From a virus (taxonomy: Duplodnaviria > Caudoviricetes): a stretch of DNA of 46,050 nt. Positions 24,242-34,560 of the stretch are shown here, piece by piece; the first letter of the stretch is position 1; each line of letters opens with the position of its first letter. The stretch spans positions 1-46,050 of the IMG/VR virus record IMGVR_UViG_3300049058_000009; one strand, given 5' to 3'. The notes under the pieces were generated by a model. It searched no databases, was not told where the DNA came from, and saw only the letters and a program-made list of their open reading frames with translations. Both the position numbers and the translations under genes were made by a program.

Positions 24242-26753
24242 AGGTTGGGGAAATACATCAGCAAAGTTAGTAATCGTCGGTGAATCTCCGTCGTTTGGCG
24301 AAGGCTCGGCGTTTACTTCTAATAAGAACTGGCGTGAATTCGATGATGTCCTGAAAATGTCAGACATTAATCGAAATGACGTATGGTTTACTTATGCCTG
24401 CAAACATTACGTTCCGCCGAATAAAAGAGGTGGTCGTAAGATTCCATTTCTCCAGCGTGCTAAAGATGCTGGGGTTAATATGGATGAGCAGGTTCACAAC
24501 CTTTCGATTGAAATTAATTCTCTCTCACCTAACTGTGTTCTTGCTCTTGGGAACATAGCACTTTGGGCTACAACTGGAAAGTCCGGCATTACGAATTATC
24601 GCGGCAGTATACTCCCTGGTATTGGTGGTAAGGTTGTTGGCTCTTATGACCCGCGCGGATTAAACATATTTGAACCCGCGGAGTTTGTTGGCTATTGGAA
24701 TAAGCAAGTAATTTTGTTCGACACCATTAGGGCAAAGAAGCAATCTGCCTTCAATGGAATAAATCGTCCTGTCAGAAATCTCTACATCGCAAGAAATTCA
24801 GACATGATTCTGAATTTCATTTCGCGATTTAGTAAAGCTACGCGCCCCGCTTGTGATATTGAAGCACGCGGGAAATGTATTCCATTCTGCGTAGGCTTTA
24901 GCTTTAATCCCAATGAAGGTATGTGTATTCCTCTCTGGAATAAAGGAGAGAGTGCATCTATTTTAAATGTATCCGATTCTGAAATGGCTCAGATGTGGAT
25001 ACTTATTCAACGCATACTTGACGAGAATGAAATCGTTGGGCAGAACTTCAAGTATGACGAAGATAAATTAAGGCGGCTTGGATTTAATATTCGTCGTCTT
25101 GTTTCCGATACGATGATGAAGTTATTTGCATGTTATCCTGAGTTTCCTAAGGGCTTGGGATTCATGACAAGTATCTTGACTGAGGAACCTTATTACAAAG
25201 ATGAAGGAATGTATGAGGGTTCTGCTGAAGACTTAATGATTGGTTGCGCGAGAGACTCTTGTGTAACTAAAGAGATTGACCTTGCATTAGATACTGAGGT
25301 AGATACCATTGGCACGCGCAAGTTTTTTGAGAATTTCCTCATGGAACTACATCCAATGTATCTTGAGGTTGAGGCTGAGGGATTTAATATTGATAAGGAA
25401 GTTCGGGAATCTTTGTTCAAGAAGTATGTAGGCATGTCGGAAGATATGCAATACAGACTATGGAAGATTCTCGGATACAATATCAATATCAATTCACCGA
25501 AGCAAGTATCATTGATGTTATATGATAACTTCGGTGTAACTAATCGGGGTCAGGGAACAGGCGAAGAAGAAATTACAGCTATCTTAAACACTGGTAAACT
25601 TAAGCCAGACCAGGTAGCAGCTTGTGATTTAGTTCTTAAGAAGCGTAGAGTAGATAAGACTCTTAATCATTATCTTGCAGCGATGCCAGATTATGATGGT
25701 AAGATGAAGACTACTTATTTCTTATGCTTGGAAACAGGACGAACTTCTACAAGTCAGCAGTCTCCACCTATTAGACCTGAAGTAGAAGTGCGTGATGAAT
25801 ACAATCGTAAGAAGTCACGAGTAATGGGCATTGCATTTCAGACCATTACTAAGCATGGTGACATTGGAAATGACGTTCGTAAACAATATGTTCCTGAGCC
25901 GGGATATGTTTTCTTAGGTGTTGATAGTGCTCAGGCTGAGGCGCGAGTAGTATTCTTACTTGCGAATGATGAAGATGCTCTCTATAAAATTGACCACCAC
26001 GATTACCATGCTCTTACAGCATCATGGTTCTTTGGTGGAACTGAAGCTGATTATTCCAAAAAAGCACTTGGCTACGAACATCCAATTAGATTCGTGGGAA
26101 AAACTTTACGACACGCGGGACATCTCGGTGCAAGTCCTAAACGAGCAATGGTCAATACTGATGCGAGGAAATTTGGAATTGACATTAAAATTACACAAGG
26201 TTTTGCTCAGGACGCTCTTGCTAAATTCCATAGGAACCAGCCAAGCATCCAAAAAGTCTTCCAAGAAGGCATCCGCGAAGCGTTAAGAAAAAATAACCGT
26301 TGGTTAATAGCAGGATTACCATATGGAATTGATAGTATATGCGGTGGTAAACGACAGTTCCTCGAAAGATGGGATGAAGAACTCTTTAGACAGAGTTTTA
26401 GTTACATTCCGCAAAGGTCCGTCAGTGATAACACGAAGTCTGCCGCTTTGCGACTTCGCAAACGGGAACCCAAACTTGCAAGACTTATTCTCGAAGCCCA
26501 TGACGGACTTCTTTATACTGTGCCAGAATCAGAAGTAGATTATTTTGCACCTATTGTTAAAGAAGAAATGGAGCGGCCTATTAGTTTCGAGGCTTGCTCT
26601 TTGCCCCGACGAGAACTAATTATTCCAGCAGAAGTTGAAGTTGGCTATAATTACATGGAGTTTAAGAAGTATAAGTTCAAGGCAACAGAGGCAGAAGGAC
26701 TCTACGATAAGTTTGCGCATCTGCTGGATAAAAAAATTTCCGTAAATGGATGA
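24222..26753 (+). CDS. Family A DNA polymerase with N-terminal UDG-like and 3'-5' exonuclease domains
   Basis: VIVGESP (UDG), CDIE/QNFKYD exo, ETGR, motif A DSAQAEAR, motif B RFVGKTLRHAGHLG, motif C HDGL. Confidence 0.92.
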   Translation: MTLPYVKGWGNTSAKLVIVGESPSFGEGSAFTSNKNWREFDDVLKMSDINRNDVWFTYACKHYVPPNKRGGRKIPFLQRAKDAGVNMDEQVHNLSIEINSLSPNCVLALGNIALWATTGKSGITNYRGSILPGIGGKVVGSYDPRGLNIFEPAEFVGYWNKQVILFDTIRAKKQSAFNGINRPVRNLYIARNSDMILNFISRFSKATRPACDIEARGKCIPFCVGFSFNPNEGMCIPLWNKGESASILNVSDSEMAQMWILIQRILDENEIVGQNFKYDEDKLRRLGFNIRRLVSDTMMKLFACYPEFPKGLGFMTSILTEEPYYKDEGMYEGSAEDLMIGCARDSCVTKEIDLALDTEVDTIGTRKFFENFLMELHPMYLEVEAEGFNIDKEVRESLFKKYVGMSEDMQYRLWKILGYNININSPKQVSLMLYDNFGVTNRGQGTGEEEITAILNTGKLKPDQVAACDLVLKKRRVDKTLNHYLAAMPDYDGKMKTTYFLCLETGRTSTSQQSPPIRPEVEVRDEYNRKKSRVMGIAFQTITKHGDIGNDVRKQYVPEPGYVFLGVDSAQAEARVVFLLANDEDALYKIDHHDYHALTASWFFGGTEADYSKKALGYEHPIRFVGKTLRHAGHLGASPKRAMVNTDARKFGIDIKITQGFAQDALAKFHRNQPSIQKVFQEGIREALRKNNRWLIAGLPYGIDSICGGKRQFLERWDEELFRQSFSYIPQRSVSDNTKSAALRLRKREPKLARLILEAHDGLLYTVPESEVDYFAPIVKEEMERPISFEACSLPRRELIIPAEVEVGYNYMEFKKYKFKATEAEGLYDKFAHLLDKKISVNG

Positions 26754-26761
26754 GGTAGGAG

Positions 26762-26950
26762 ATGAACATTGAGGTTAACTTTGAGAAAGACGGTTTAAGA
26801 TTCTCGGCGATTGTGATAACAAGTAGCCTTGAAACTCATTCCGCTTTGCAGGAAGTTCCAAAAGAAGATGTTGAGGTGGTTAGAACAGTAATTCGTAGTG
26901 GCTTAGAGACCTTAACAAATCTAGCTATAAAGCATCGTAAAAAAATATGA
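26762..26950 (+). CDS. Small protein between polymerase and helicase
   Basis: AGGAG RBS, ATGA overlap with the helicase. Confidence 0.65.
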   Translation: MNIEVNFEKDGLRFSAIVITSSLETHSALQEVPKEDVEVVRTVIRSGLETLTNLAIKHRKKI

Positions 26951-28218
26951 GCTGGATTGACACAGTAGTAGAGCAGCACAAAGAGTTTGAATCCCCGTTG
27001 AACTTTTGGCGATGGGCTGCAATTGCTTCTATCTCTGCTGTTGTCAAAGATAACGTTTATCTCAGCCAGCATATGTTCAATATGTATGCGAACATTTACG
27101 TGATGTTTCATGCTGATTCTGGTATGAAGAAGGGACCGCCAGTTAATCTAGCTAAACGTCTCGTAAGTAAGGTTGGCAACACGCGCGTTATCTCTGGCAG
27201 GAGTTCCATTCAAGGGATTCTAAAAGAGATGTCCCAAGGGGAATCAAAACCTGGTCAACCTGTAAGTAAAAAAGCTGTAGCATTTATCTGTAGCTCGGAG
27301 CTGTCTTCCTCCATCGTTGAAGACAAAGTTGCTACAACAATCCTTACGGACTTGTATGACCGTAACTACAACGCCGACCAGTGGAAGTCATTGTTAAAGA
27401 TGGAGTCTTTCGATTTAAAAGACCCAACTATATCAATGCTCACTGCAACTAATGAAAGTCATAGCTCAGATTTCTTTACGAGAAAGGATGTAAGTGGTGG
27501 GTATTTTGCCAGAACTTTCATCATCCACGAACGAGAAGAAAACAGAGTTAATTCTTTACTTGTGGCACCAGAAGTGCTACCTGATTACGATGGACTTGCA
27601 GCCTATCTCAAGGAATTGGCACAGCTCAATGGTCCATTTATGGCCTTAGGCAGTAGAGAAGAATCAGACTATCACAAGGTAAAAATTAAAAATGCTTACA
27701 AGGATATTGATTATTTCTACACTCCTGCTGGTGCCCTCTATGAAAATTGGTATAGAGAATTTGCTTCAGCACGGAAGAATATTAAGGATGGAACTGGAAC
27801 ACTTAACAGATTTGGTTCTTCAGTTCTTAAGGTAGCTATGCTTTTATCGCTAGCTGAGAAACCTGACTTGATTATCTCAGAGGAAGCGATGCGCACAGCT
27901 ATCAATATGTGCGAACAGTTAGTAGGTAACGTTCGTAAGGTTACAATCGGCAGGGATTCAACGGAGGGAACTAATGCTGAGCGGAAGATTCTATTATTAA
28001 ATGAATTGTTCTACGCACCGGAGCATAAACTAACACGCGCGGATTTACACCGTAAGTTCTGGATGCAGGGAACTGTTGCTGAGTGGGATGATTGTATTAA
28101 ATCACTTGTGGAGGCTGAGATTATGAACATTGGTCAGGAAGGAAATCATGTTGTTTTCCAGATGACCAAAGAATATGTAACAAAGTTGACAAGGTTCTAT
28201 GAAGGGAAGGCTAAATGA
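26947..28218 (+). CDS. DUF3987-type AAA+ helicase-like protein with C-terminal winged helix
   Basis: ESP..FWRW, ADSGMKKG P-loop, SELSS, LTDLYD, GGYFART. Confidence 0.75.
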   Translation: MSWIDTVVEQHKEFESPLNFWRWAAIASISAVVKDNVYLSQHMFNMYANIYVMFHADSGMKKGPPVNLAKRLVSKVGNTRVISGRSSIQGILKEMSQGESKPGQPVSKKAVAFICSSELSSSIVEDKVATTILTDLYDRNYNADQWKSLLKMESFDLKDPTISMLTATNESHSSDFFTRKDVSGGYFARTFIIHEREENRVNSLLVAPEVLPDYDGLAAYLKELAQLNGPFMALGSREESDYHKVKIKNAYKDIDYFYTPAGALYENWYREFASARKNIKDGTGTLNRFGSSVLKVAMLLSLAEKPDLIISEEAMRTAINMCEQLVGNVRKVTIGRDSTEGTNAERKILLLNELFYAPEHKLTRADLHRKFWMQGTVAEWDDCIKSLVEAEIMNIGQEGNHVVFQMTKEYVTKLTRFYEGKAK

Positions 28219-28391
28219 ATTCGTCGCAGCTCCCCCCAGGACTTTACATCGGGGATAAAATCAAAATGTCTAAAGTGTTTATTAAACGAGCACCTTATGA
28301 CTTAAACGAGGCGTTGTTAAATGTTCGGGTTAAGGAGATAATTACTCACGAGGACGGGACAAAAGAAATATGGTTCCAGAAGGAGGCATAA
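28215..28391 (+). CDS. Hypothetical protein (58 aa)
   Basis: ATGA overlap with the helicase stop. Confidence 0.45.
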   Translation: MNSSQLPPGLYIGDKIKMSKVFIKRAPYDLNEALLNVRVKEIITHEDGTKEIWFQKEA

Positions 28392-28675
28392 GTTTCCACT
28401 CAGGGGTGAATACTAGTGGCTTAAAAAACAAAGGAGGTAGACCTACCCTGACTACCTACAAGTTAATAACTAGTGGCCCATTTGAGGGTTATAAATGTTG
28501 GGGACCGTATTGCTATCAACGAAAAGCAAAACGGTCCCAATTTTACTATAAACTACAAAAAGATAATGAAAAGAAAATAGCAATTAACGAAGCAGATATT
28601 GACTTAGAAACCTTACAAGAAGTGAGGGAGAATAAAAAACCATTCATAGATTGGTTAGGCCCATGGAAAAATTGA
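28370..28675 (+). CDS. Hypothetical protein
   Basis: ORF track; start uncertain. Confidence 0.45.
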   Translation: MVPEGGISFHSGVNTSGLKNKGGRPTLTTYKLITSGPFEGYKCWGPYCYQRKAKRSQFYYKLQKDNEKKIAINEADIDLETLQEVRENKKPFIDWLGPWKN

Positions 28676-28941
28676 TGCAGCCTGGAATGTATTTTGAGTG
28701 TCGGTCATGTAGGGCCGCTTTGTATACCGTTAGAGCTGACGGTAGGTGTGTTAATTGTGGTAGTCAATTTATATCCGGTAAAGCTCTCCCCGACGGGATG
28801 TATATTGACGAAACTTTTAGGAAATTAATTCCTATTCCGGGATTGGAGTCGTCACATGCGCGAGCAGGAAAAGAAACCGTTAAAGGGTTTTGCATTACTT
28901 CTAAAGAAGAACCCGGAGAAGCTAAAGCAAATAGCCAGTAA
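28651..28941 (+). CDS. Zn-ribbon protein
   Basis: CRSC...CVNC; likely start ~28675. Confidence 0.45.
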   Translation: MVRPMEKLMQPGMYFECRSCRAALYTVRADGRCVNCGSQFISGKALPDGMYIDETFRKLIPIPGLESSHARAGKETVKGFCITSKEEPGEAKANSQ

Positions 28942-29071
28942 CGGCGGTAAGGCTGCACATAAAGCTGGAACCGCGCATGAATGGGATTCCAAGGAAGCCA
29001 GAGAAGCTGGCACTAAAGGTGGGAGTATTTCTAGGGGTGGACGTGGAAGGTTACACCCTGGAGCTATCTAA
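28856..29071 (+). CDS. KGG-repeat general stress protein-like
   Basis: GFA..PEKLKQIASNGGKAAHKAGTAHEWDSKEAREAGTKGG. Confidence 0.8.
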   Translation: MREQEKKPLKGFALLLKKNPEKLKQIASNGGKAAHKAGTAHEWDSKEAREAGTKGGSISRGGRGRLHPGAI

Positions 29072-29206
29072 ATGGAATTGAAATGCCCTAAATGTGGCGA
29101 AACAAGAGCTATAGAAGTAACTGGAAAATGGAGAACCAAGACTGAGATTTACTGTAATACTTGTGGTAAAACCTCAGTCTTGGACTCCGACGAATCTACG
29201 GATTGA
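29072..29206 (+). CDS. Zn-ribbon peptide (44 aa)
   Basis: GGAG RBS; CPKCG...CNTCG. Confidence 0.6.
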   Translation: MELKCPKCGETRAIEVTGKWRTKTEIYCNTCGKTSVLDSDESTD

Positions 29207-31454
29207 AAATAGAACGTTGACGCTGGGGGTATGTTAGGTCACTACCTAAGTCACCTAACATCCTCCGGCGTATATCTCCACCAAAACTCTGAGTGCCAAT
29301 TCCAAAGAAATCAGGAATAGCAGTTAGAGCTTGTCCAGCGTTTCCGTTCTCATCATTATAAATTTCAAGTAAATTCTGTAGGATAATCGGAACAACTAAT
29401 CTAGCAGTTGATTCCGGAATATCCATCCTATCATAATTATTATTCTTAGCTCGTAGGAAATCATGGATGTAACGAGTTAACGGAGCCTCTTTATTATAGA
29501 GAAAATTTCCTCCAATATCTGCTACCGATTTAGCAAAAGGCCCACCTTCCATCTCTCCTGTTGCACCCTGTTTTAATAACTGTGATGTTCTAGCAGCTAA
29601 TACTAAGAACTGCTGGAATCCACCCGCAGGGTCGAGCCTAGTATCTCCTACCTTAATCTTTCCAAAATCAGAACTAGTTGGGTCAAGACTAACATCAGCA
29701 CCAGCACTTGCAGCTAGTCCTGCCATTGTAGTCCAAGCACCTGCCATAGCCATCATAGATTTAAGATATTCTTTTTGAACACTTGGACCCATCATAGCAA
29801 ACTGTTGTGGGTCTAGTGCAATATCTTTCATTGCTACTGCTGAATTACCAAACATCTTCATGCGCGCTTCGATTAGGCGCGGGCTGAATAATGTGGCATT
29901 CAGAACATCAGCATATCTTTCAACACCTTTTAATGAACCACGACCCGAAGCATTGTTAACGAAATCTCCTAATGCTTTAAGCATAGTGTCATCTTTGGTA
30001 ATATCGACACCAGCTTTTGCGAAATCATTAACAATCGAATCGAACGTATCAGACCGAAGTTTATTTGCAAATGCTGTATAAGAACGATTACTAGCTTTAA
30101 CCCACGGCAGGTTCTCAGCCTTAGAACGCATATGTTCTAATTCACGAGCCGTTGAGTTATCAGTAATAGCTAGTCCTGCACGCTCATACACACTAGGTTT
30201 ATATACTGCTTTACCACCTTCCATGACGTTCTTGCCCTGAGCTAAAGGCTTAGCGGCAATAGAGTCTTGAACAGCTTGGAATGCTTTATCAGAACCAAAG
30301 GATTTAACCATTGGTCCCCATGCTTTCCACCATGCGCCTTTATGAATAAGTCCTAATCCCTGTCTAAATGGGAAGGACATATCCATAGAACCTACCATCG
30401 CGCGTGCAGTATTTCCTGCCTCAGTAATAAATCCTCTCTTAACTTCCTCAGGCACTGTCTTTAAATCAACTGGCTTACCACTATGGGTTCCAACAATTTC
30501 ACCAGTCTGTGCATTAACTTTATAATCAGGATATTTTTCAGGTGTCCAAGTTCCGTCTTTATTTAACGTTACTTTAGGCAGATTAGGCTTAGCAATTGAT
30601 TTATTAATTATTTCAGCCGCAGTCTTAGAACCCTGATGACCTGGCTGTAAAGTTTCAGCTAATTCAATAATCTGATTAGCCGATAGATTCTCCATCGGTA
30701 ATCCATTTTCACCTACAATTTTTGTAGCCTTCTTAAGCGATGTAGGACTATAGTCTAGGTTGTTAACTTTAGGTGCAGCTTCAGTTACTGCTTCTGCAAC
30801 AGCAGGAACTTTAACATCACCCGGAATAGATAACGTTGATTTACCTGTAATATATCCCGGTGCTATTTCAGCTTTAGGTGCTTTAGGATTAAATTTACCA
30901 GCAGCGCCTAACCCACCGCCAAGAGTTTCTAAAATACCTAACCCAGCACTAACAGGATTGTCAGCTTCTAAAGTATTTTGAACACCACTAACAGCTTGTA
31001 AAGCACCAGCCCCGCGCACAATTCCATTAAGTATCGGACTAGCTGTTGCACTTCCACCTAACGTAGCAATTGCTGGAATAGCATTCATAGGTGCAGTCAT
31101 ACTATCCGCAGCTTGACCAATTACACTTGGAGCTTCAGATAATGCACCTAATTCCATTTGTTGATAAGGGTCTAAATGGCTCATCTGAGAATAATCTGGA
31201 TGACCTCCAAAGTCTTCTAAAGCCTGACCTGCGCGTGAGAATATATCAGTCATAGGACTACGGAATCTCTCCCATAGGCTAGGCTGATAAGGTTCAGAAC
31301 TTACGGGTTGAACAGTTTGAGCAAATGATTCAGGGGAAACCCCCAGAGCACGAGACTCTAGGGGCTTATCCATGTCAGTTACTTCTGGTAATGAATCCCA
31401 TTCTGCATCTGCATCTGGTAATTCATCCCAAGGGTCTCTAGGTTTTTGCGGCAT
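29196..31454 (-). CDS. Large internal virion / ejection protein
   Basis: Last late gene; DPWDELP N-terminus, Ala/Gly-rich helices. Confidence 0.6.
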   Translation of the reverse strand: MPQKPRDPWDELPDADAEWDSLPEVTDMDKPLESRALGVSPESFAQTVQPVSSEPYQPSLWERFRSPMTDIFSRAGQALEDFGGHPDYSQMSHLDPYQQMELGALSEAPSVIGQAADSMTAPMNAIPAIATLGGSATASPILNGIVRGAGALQAVSGVQNTLEADNPVSAGLGILETLGGGLGAAGKFNPKAPKAEIAPGYITGKSTLSIPGDVKVPAVAEAVTEAAPKVNNLDYSPTSLKKATKIVGENGLPMENLSANQIIELAETLQPGHQGSKTAAEIINKSIAKPNLPKVTLNKDGTWTPEKYPDYKVNAQTGEIVGTHSGKPVDLKTVPEEVKRGFITEAGNTARAMVGSMDMSFPFRQGLGLIHKGAWWKAWGPMVKSFGSDKAFQAVQDSIAAKPLAQGKNVMEGGKAVYKPSVYERAGLAITDNSTARELEHMRSKAENLPWVKASNRSYTAFANKLRSDTFDSIVNDFAKAGVDITKDDTMLKALGDFVNNASGRGSLKGVERYADVLNATLFSPRLIEARMKMFGNSAVAMKDIALDPQQFAMMGPSVQKEYLKSMMAMAGAWTTMAGLAASAGADVSLDPTSSDFGKIKVGDTRLDPAGGFQQFLVLAARTSQLLKQGATGEMEGGPFAKSVADIGGNFLYNKEAPLTRYIHDFLRAKNNNYDRMDIPESTARLVVPIILQNLLEIYNDENGNAGQALTAIPDFFGIGTQSFGGDIRRRMLGDLGSDLTYPQRQRSIFNP

Positions 31455-32662
31455 TATTGAACCACCTTAGCCCCAAGACCTTCCCATTTTTTCTGTTCCG
31501 ACTTAGGAACTTTCTTACGCTTTCCATCCTTTTCCATTGTAATAAATTCTTCATTAGACCCACCACCTTCAATTTTTCCACCTGCATTGATGGTAGGATT
31601 ATTATTCATAAAGGGTGAAGCAATTTCTCCCGTATTACGGATAATCTTGCTTACATCAACACGAGGCTGATATACCCCAGTATTAATCTGACGCCATTGG
31701 TCATTAGTTGGACCTTGAGTTTTACGTCCTAAAGCATTCTTTAATTTATCAAACATAGTTCCGCCGTCACCAGCATTACCAGTTTGACCTGAACCTTCTT
31801 CTGGTCTAGGTGCATCAATAACAACACCCTTACCATCTGGACTAATGTGGACAAACTCTCTAGCCCACGGATTTTCATTAATGAATTGTGCAGCACGCGC
31901 AGCCTGGTCACTAAGGCTAGGAGTTTCCGAACCCTTACCAGTTGCAGCAGCAACAGCGCGCATGACAATTTCAGTTAAATCATTTTGATTATTAGCTGCT
32001 GTTCGTTCACCCATTGCAGTTGCCATAGTCTCTGCACGGGTCTGAGCAGCAGCATTATTAACACCAGCAAGAGTTTCTTTACCCTGCTGCTGTAATGTAA
32101 TTTTAGACCTATCATCCATTAATCCACTGGAATAACCAAGGTCAGTAACTTGATTAGTCTGTGGGTCAATAGCAACTACGTTACCACCGGGTAACATTTT
32201 AATAACGGCATTAGGATTCTCAGCCCTGAAACGAGCAATTGAATTTCTATCTAATGCAGTCTCAGCATTCATACGCCGAGTCTCTGCATCGTAACCTTTT
32301 AAGCCACCAAGATAATCAACTTGCTTTTCATTAATATCAAGCTGACGCTTCTTCAGTTTAAGTTCTTTTTCAAATTGCTCTGGTCTCTGGTCATACACAA
32401 CATTAGGTGCTTCCTGAGAGAATCCAGTAGTATTCTGAATTCCCTGAGGACCAAATTCATTACCTCGTTGTGCTGGTCCAAACATTCCTCTACCACCATA
32501 GTTCTGAGGCATAGGAATATTTACAGGTGCTGGGTCTGGACCTGCGCGTTCAATATACGGACGCATAGCATCAAGGTCTTCTCTGCCTACGGGTGTATAA
32601 GCGTAAGCAGAGTTACCATTAACACCAAAGCTAGGAGTTCTAAGACGGTCTAAGAAATTCAT
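31454..32662 (-). CDS. Internal virion / ejection protein
   Basis: Position and Gln/Asn/Gly-rich composition. Confidence 0.55.
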   Translation of the reverse strand: MNFLDRLRTPSFGVNGNSAYAYTPVGREDLDAMRPYIERAGPDPAPVNIPMPQNYGGRGMFGPAQRGNEFGPQGIQNTTGFSQEAPNVVYDQRPEQFEKELKLKKRQLDINEKQVDYLGGLKGYDAETRRMNAETALDRNSIARFRAENPNAVIKMLPGGNVVAIDPQTNQVTDLGYSSGLMDDRSKITLQQQGKETLAGVNNAAAQTRAETMATAMGERTAANNQNDLTEIVMRAVAAATGKGSETPSLSDQAARAAQFINENPWAREFVHISPDGKGVVIDAPRPEEGSGQTGNAGDGGTMFDKLKNALGRKTQGPTNDQWRQINTGVYQPRVDVSKIIRNTGEIASPFMNNNPTINAGGKIEGGGSNEEFITMEKDGKRKKVPKSEQKKWEGLGAKVVQ

Positions 32663-32665
32663 AGC

Positions 32666-33571
32666 TTACATTCCAATCGAAGCACCACCGCCACCGCCAC
32701 CACGTCTAACAACACCACTATTTCTAGCAGCATTCTGAGTAAGTCCTGTATTCTGTGCAACTTGCTGACCGAATGTATTAACTAATGCTGGCGTGGTTCC
32801 GTATAGGGAAGTTTGACCCTGTAAAGCCTGCATTCTACGCATAGCTTCACTGCTACTTAATTGAGCCATCCCACCTAATAAGCTGCCCATATTCTCGCCA
32901 TGCCTATTATCAGCATTAGCATTAAACATGCGCACTTGGTTCATACGTTCGCTTGAACTATTACCCAAGTTACCCATGATAGGTGCAGCAGTTAATCTAC
33001 CACGCTGGACCATTTCAGCAATTCCTGCATTAACATTATTCATAGCTCCAGCCATAGATTCTGACTGTTCACGAGCCATGCGTGATGCTGCTGCATTATA
33101 ATTAGCTGAACGTCCTCCGCCTAATCTAGCCTGTCGCTCCATGTTCCGAGAAGCATTCTGATAAGCCGCTCGAATCGGTGATACTCCACGAGCACGTAAA
33201 TTAGACTGGTCAGAATCAGATAACCCGCCAGTTCTCGCCAACTCACGAGCATTATTAAATGCCTCGTTGAATTGGCTAGTTTCGCCGTAAGTCGCATGTG
33301 ATGGACCGTTCTGCTGCTGATTTAACAGCTGCTGATAGCGCGACATTATGTTCCCGTATTCAGGATTACCAGCATTATACTGTTGCTGATAGCCCTGCAT
33401 AATACGGTCATAGTCTCCGGCCTGCTGTTCAATAGCTCTAGGTAGAGCATTTTCAGCAGTATAACTAGGAGGTGGCGCAGGAGTTCTCATCCATTGTCCA
33501 TCTGGACCCATGGAAAATCCTCCACCACCATTCATAGTTTGGATTCTATCTACTCCACCGCCTAATGGCAT
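32666..33571 (-). CDS. DNA transfer / ejection protein
   Basis: Gln/Ala/Gly/Met-rich coiled coil typical of podovirus pilot proteins. Confidence 0.6.
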   Translation of the reverse strand: MPLGGGVDRIQTMNGGGGFSMGPDGQWMRTPAPPPSYTAENALPRAIEQQAGDYDRIMQGYQQQYNAGNPEYGNIMSRYQQLLNQQQNGPSHATYGETSQFNEAFNNARELARTGGLSDSDQSNLRARGVSPIRAAYQNASRNMERQARLGGGRSANYNAAASRMAREQSESMAGAMNNVNAGIAEMVQRGRLTAAPIMGNLGNSSSERMNQVRMFNANADNRHGENMGSLLGGMAQLSSSEAMRRMQALQGQTSLYGTTPALVNTFGQQVAQNTGLTQNAARNSGVVRRGGGGGGASIGM

Positions 33572-33574
33572 GTT

Positions 33575-34210
33575 TTATCCCTTAAAGTCGTCAACAGGAA
33601 CGCCTAAAATTGAACACCAGCCAGCACGATGCTTATCAATTGCCTTCTGATAATTAATATTATTATTCAGGACTGCATCTGCAACAGCATCATACATTAC
33701 ACGGTTAAACCAAGTTCCCATACCTGGATTAGCAGCTTGTCCTGCGCGTTCATAATCGTGGAATAAAACATTGCCCACTTTATTACCAGCATTATCGCCA
33801 CCTAATGCTTCATATGCTGGCATTTTGCATGGCTTAGGCTGAGGTGTAGGAGTTCCACCACCGCCACCAGTTCCACTTTGAGGAACAATAGGTGCAACCC
33901 ACGGCCTACTAGAATTAGTATTCTGTCCTAAAAGATTAAATGTAGGAGTAGATTGTGCACCTGCACCAATTAAACAATCATATAAATTATTAGTGGGCTG
34001 ATGATGTAATACGTCATGCGCACACGTAGTTCCATCATATCGAGTTCCTAATGTGCCGCCATCTTTTTTATTTAATCCCCAACCATCTGCACGGTTCTTA
34101 TAAGCAACTGCATTACACAGTTCAACGCATTGATTATCATTCATCGTAGCGCCATACTTTGCGCGCTCGGCTTGTAAATCTGCTAACATACTTTCCGAAG
34201 TCCAGCTCAT
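33575..34210 (-). CDS. Two-domain hypothetical protein with Gly/Pro linker
   Basis: GTGGGGGTPTPQPKP linker; follows the peptidase. Confidence 0.65.
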   Translation of the reverse strand: MSWTSESMLADLQAERAKYGATMNDNQCVELCNAVAYKNRADGWGLNKKDGGTLGTRYDGTTCAHDVLHHQPTNNLYDCLIGAGAQSTPTFNLLGQNTNSSRPWVAPIVPQSGTGGGGGTPTPQPKPCKMPAYEALGGDNAGNKVGNVLFHDYERAGQAANPGMGTWFNRVMYDAVADAVLNNNINYQKAIDKHRAGWCSILGVPVDDFKG

Positions 34211-34560
34211 GGGTATTTTAATCCTTTCTTAACCTGAATGTGAAAATGTTCGTTATCTCCGCCTTCATTCTCTAGCAACACGCGAAAGAATGGGCCAAGA
34301 AACATTTCCAACTCGGCCCGAAATATTCGTTTATCTTCTCGACTATTAAAATTTTTAGACCTTACATCAACTGCTTCATTTGTGTAGTGACGACTTCCAA
34401 CTACATGACCTTTAAAATCTGCTATTGAAGTAATCCACAAATTATCAGGTTGATTAACTTTCTTTTGCCTATGGAATTTCTCCAAACCGTATAATATAAA
34501 TGCCAGCCCTGGAGTTAATTCCGTAAAAATAACCGCATTCGACTTTGTATATATTGCCAT
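34207..34560 (-). CDS. M15-like Zn peptidase (endolysin candidate)
   Basis: SRHYTNEAVD...EHFHIQ (H-x6-D...HxH). Confidence 0.75.
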   Translation of the reverse strand: MAIYTKSNAVIFTELTPGLAFILYGLEKFHRQKKVNQPDNLWITSIADFKGHVVGSRHYTNEAVDVRSKNFNSREDKRIFRAELEMFLGPFFRVLLENEGGDNEHFHIQVKKGLKYP

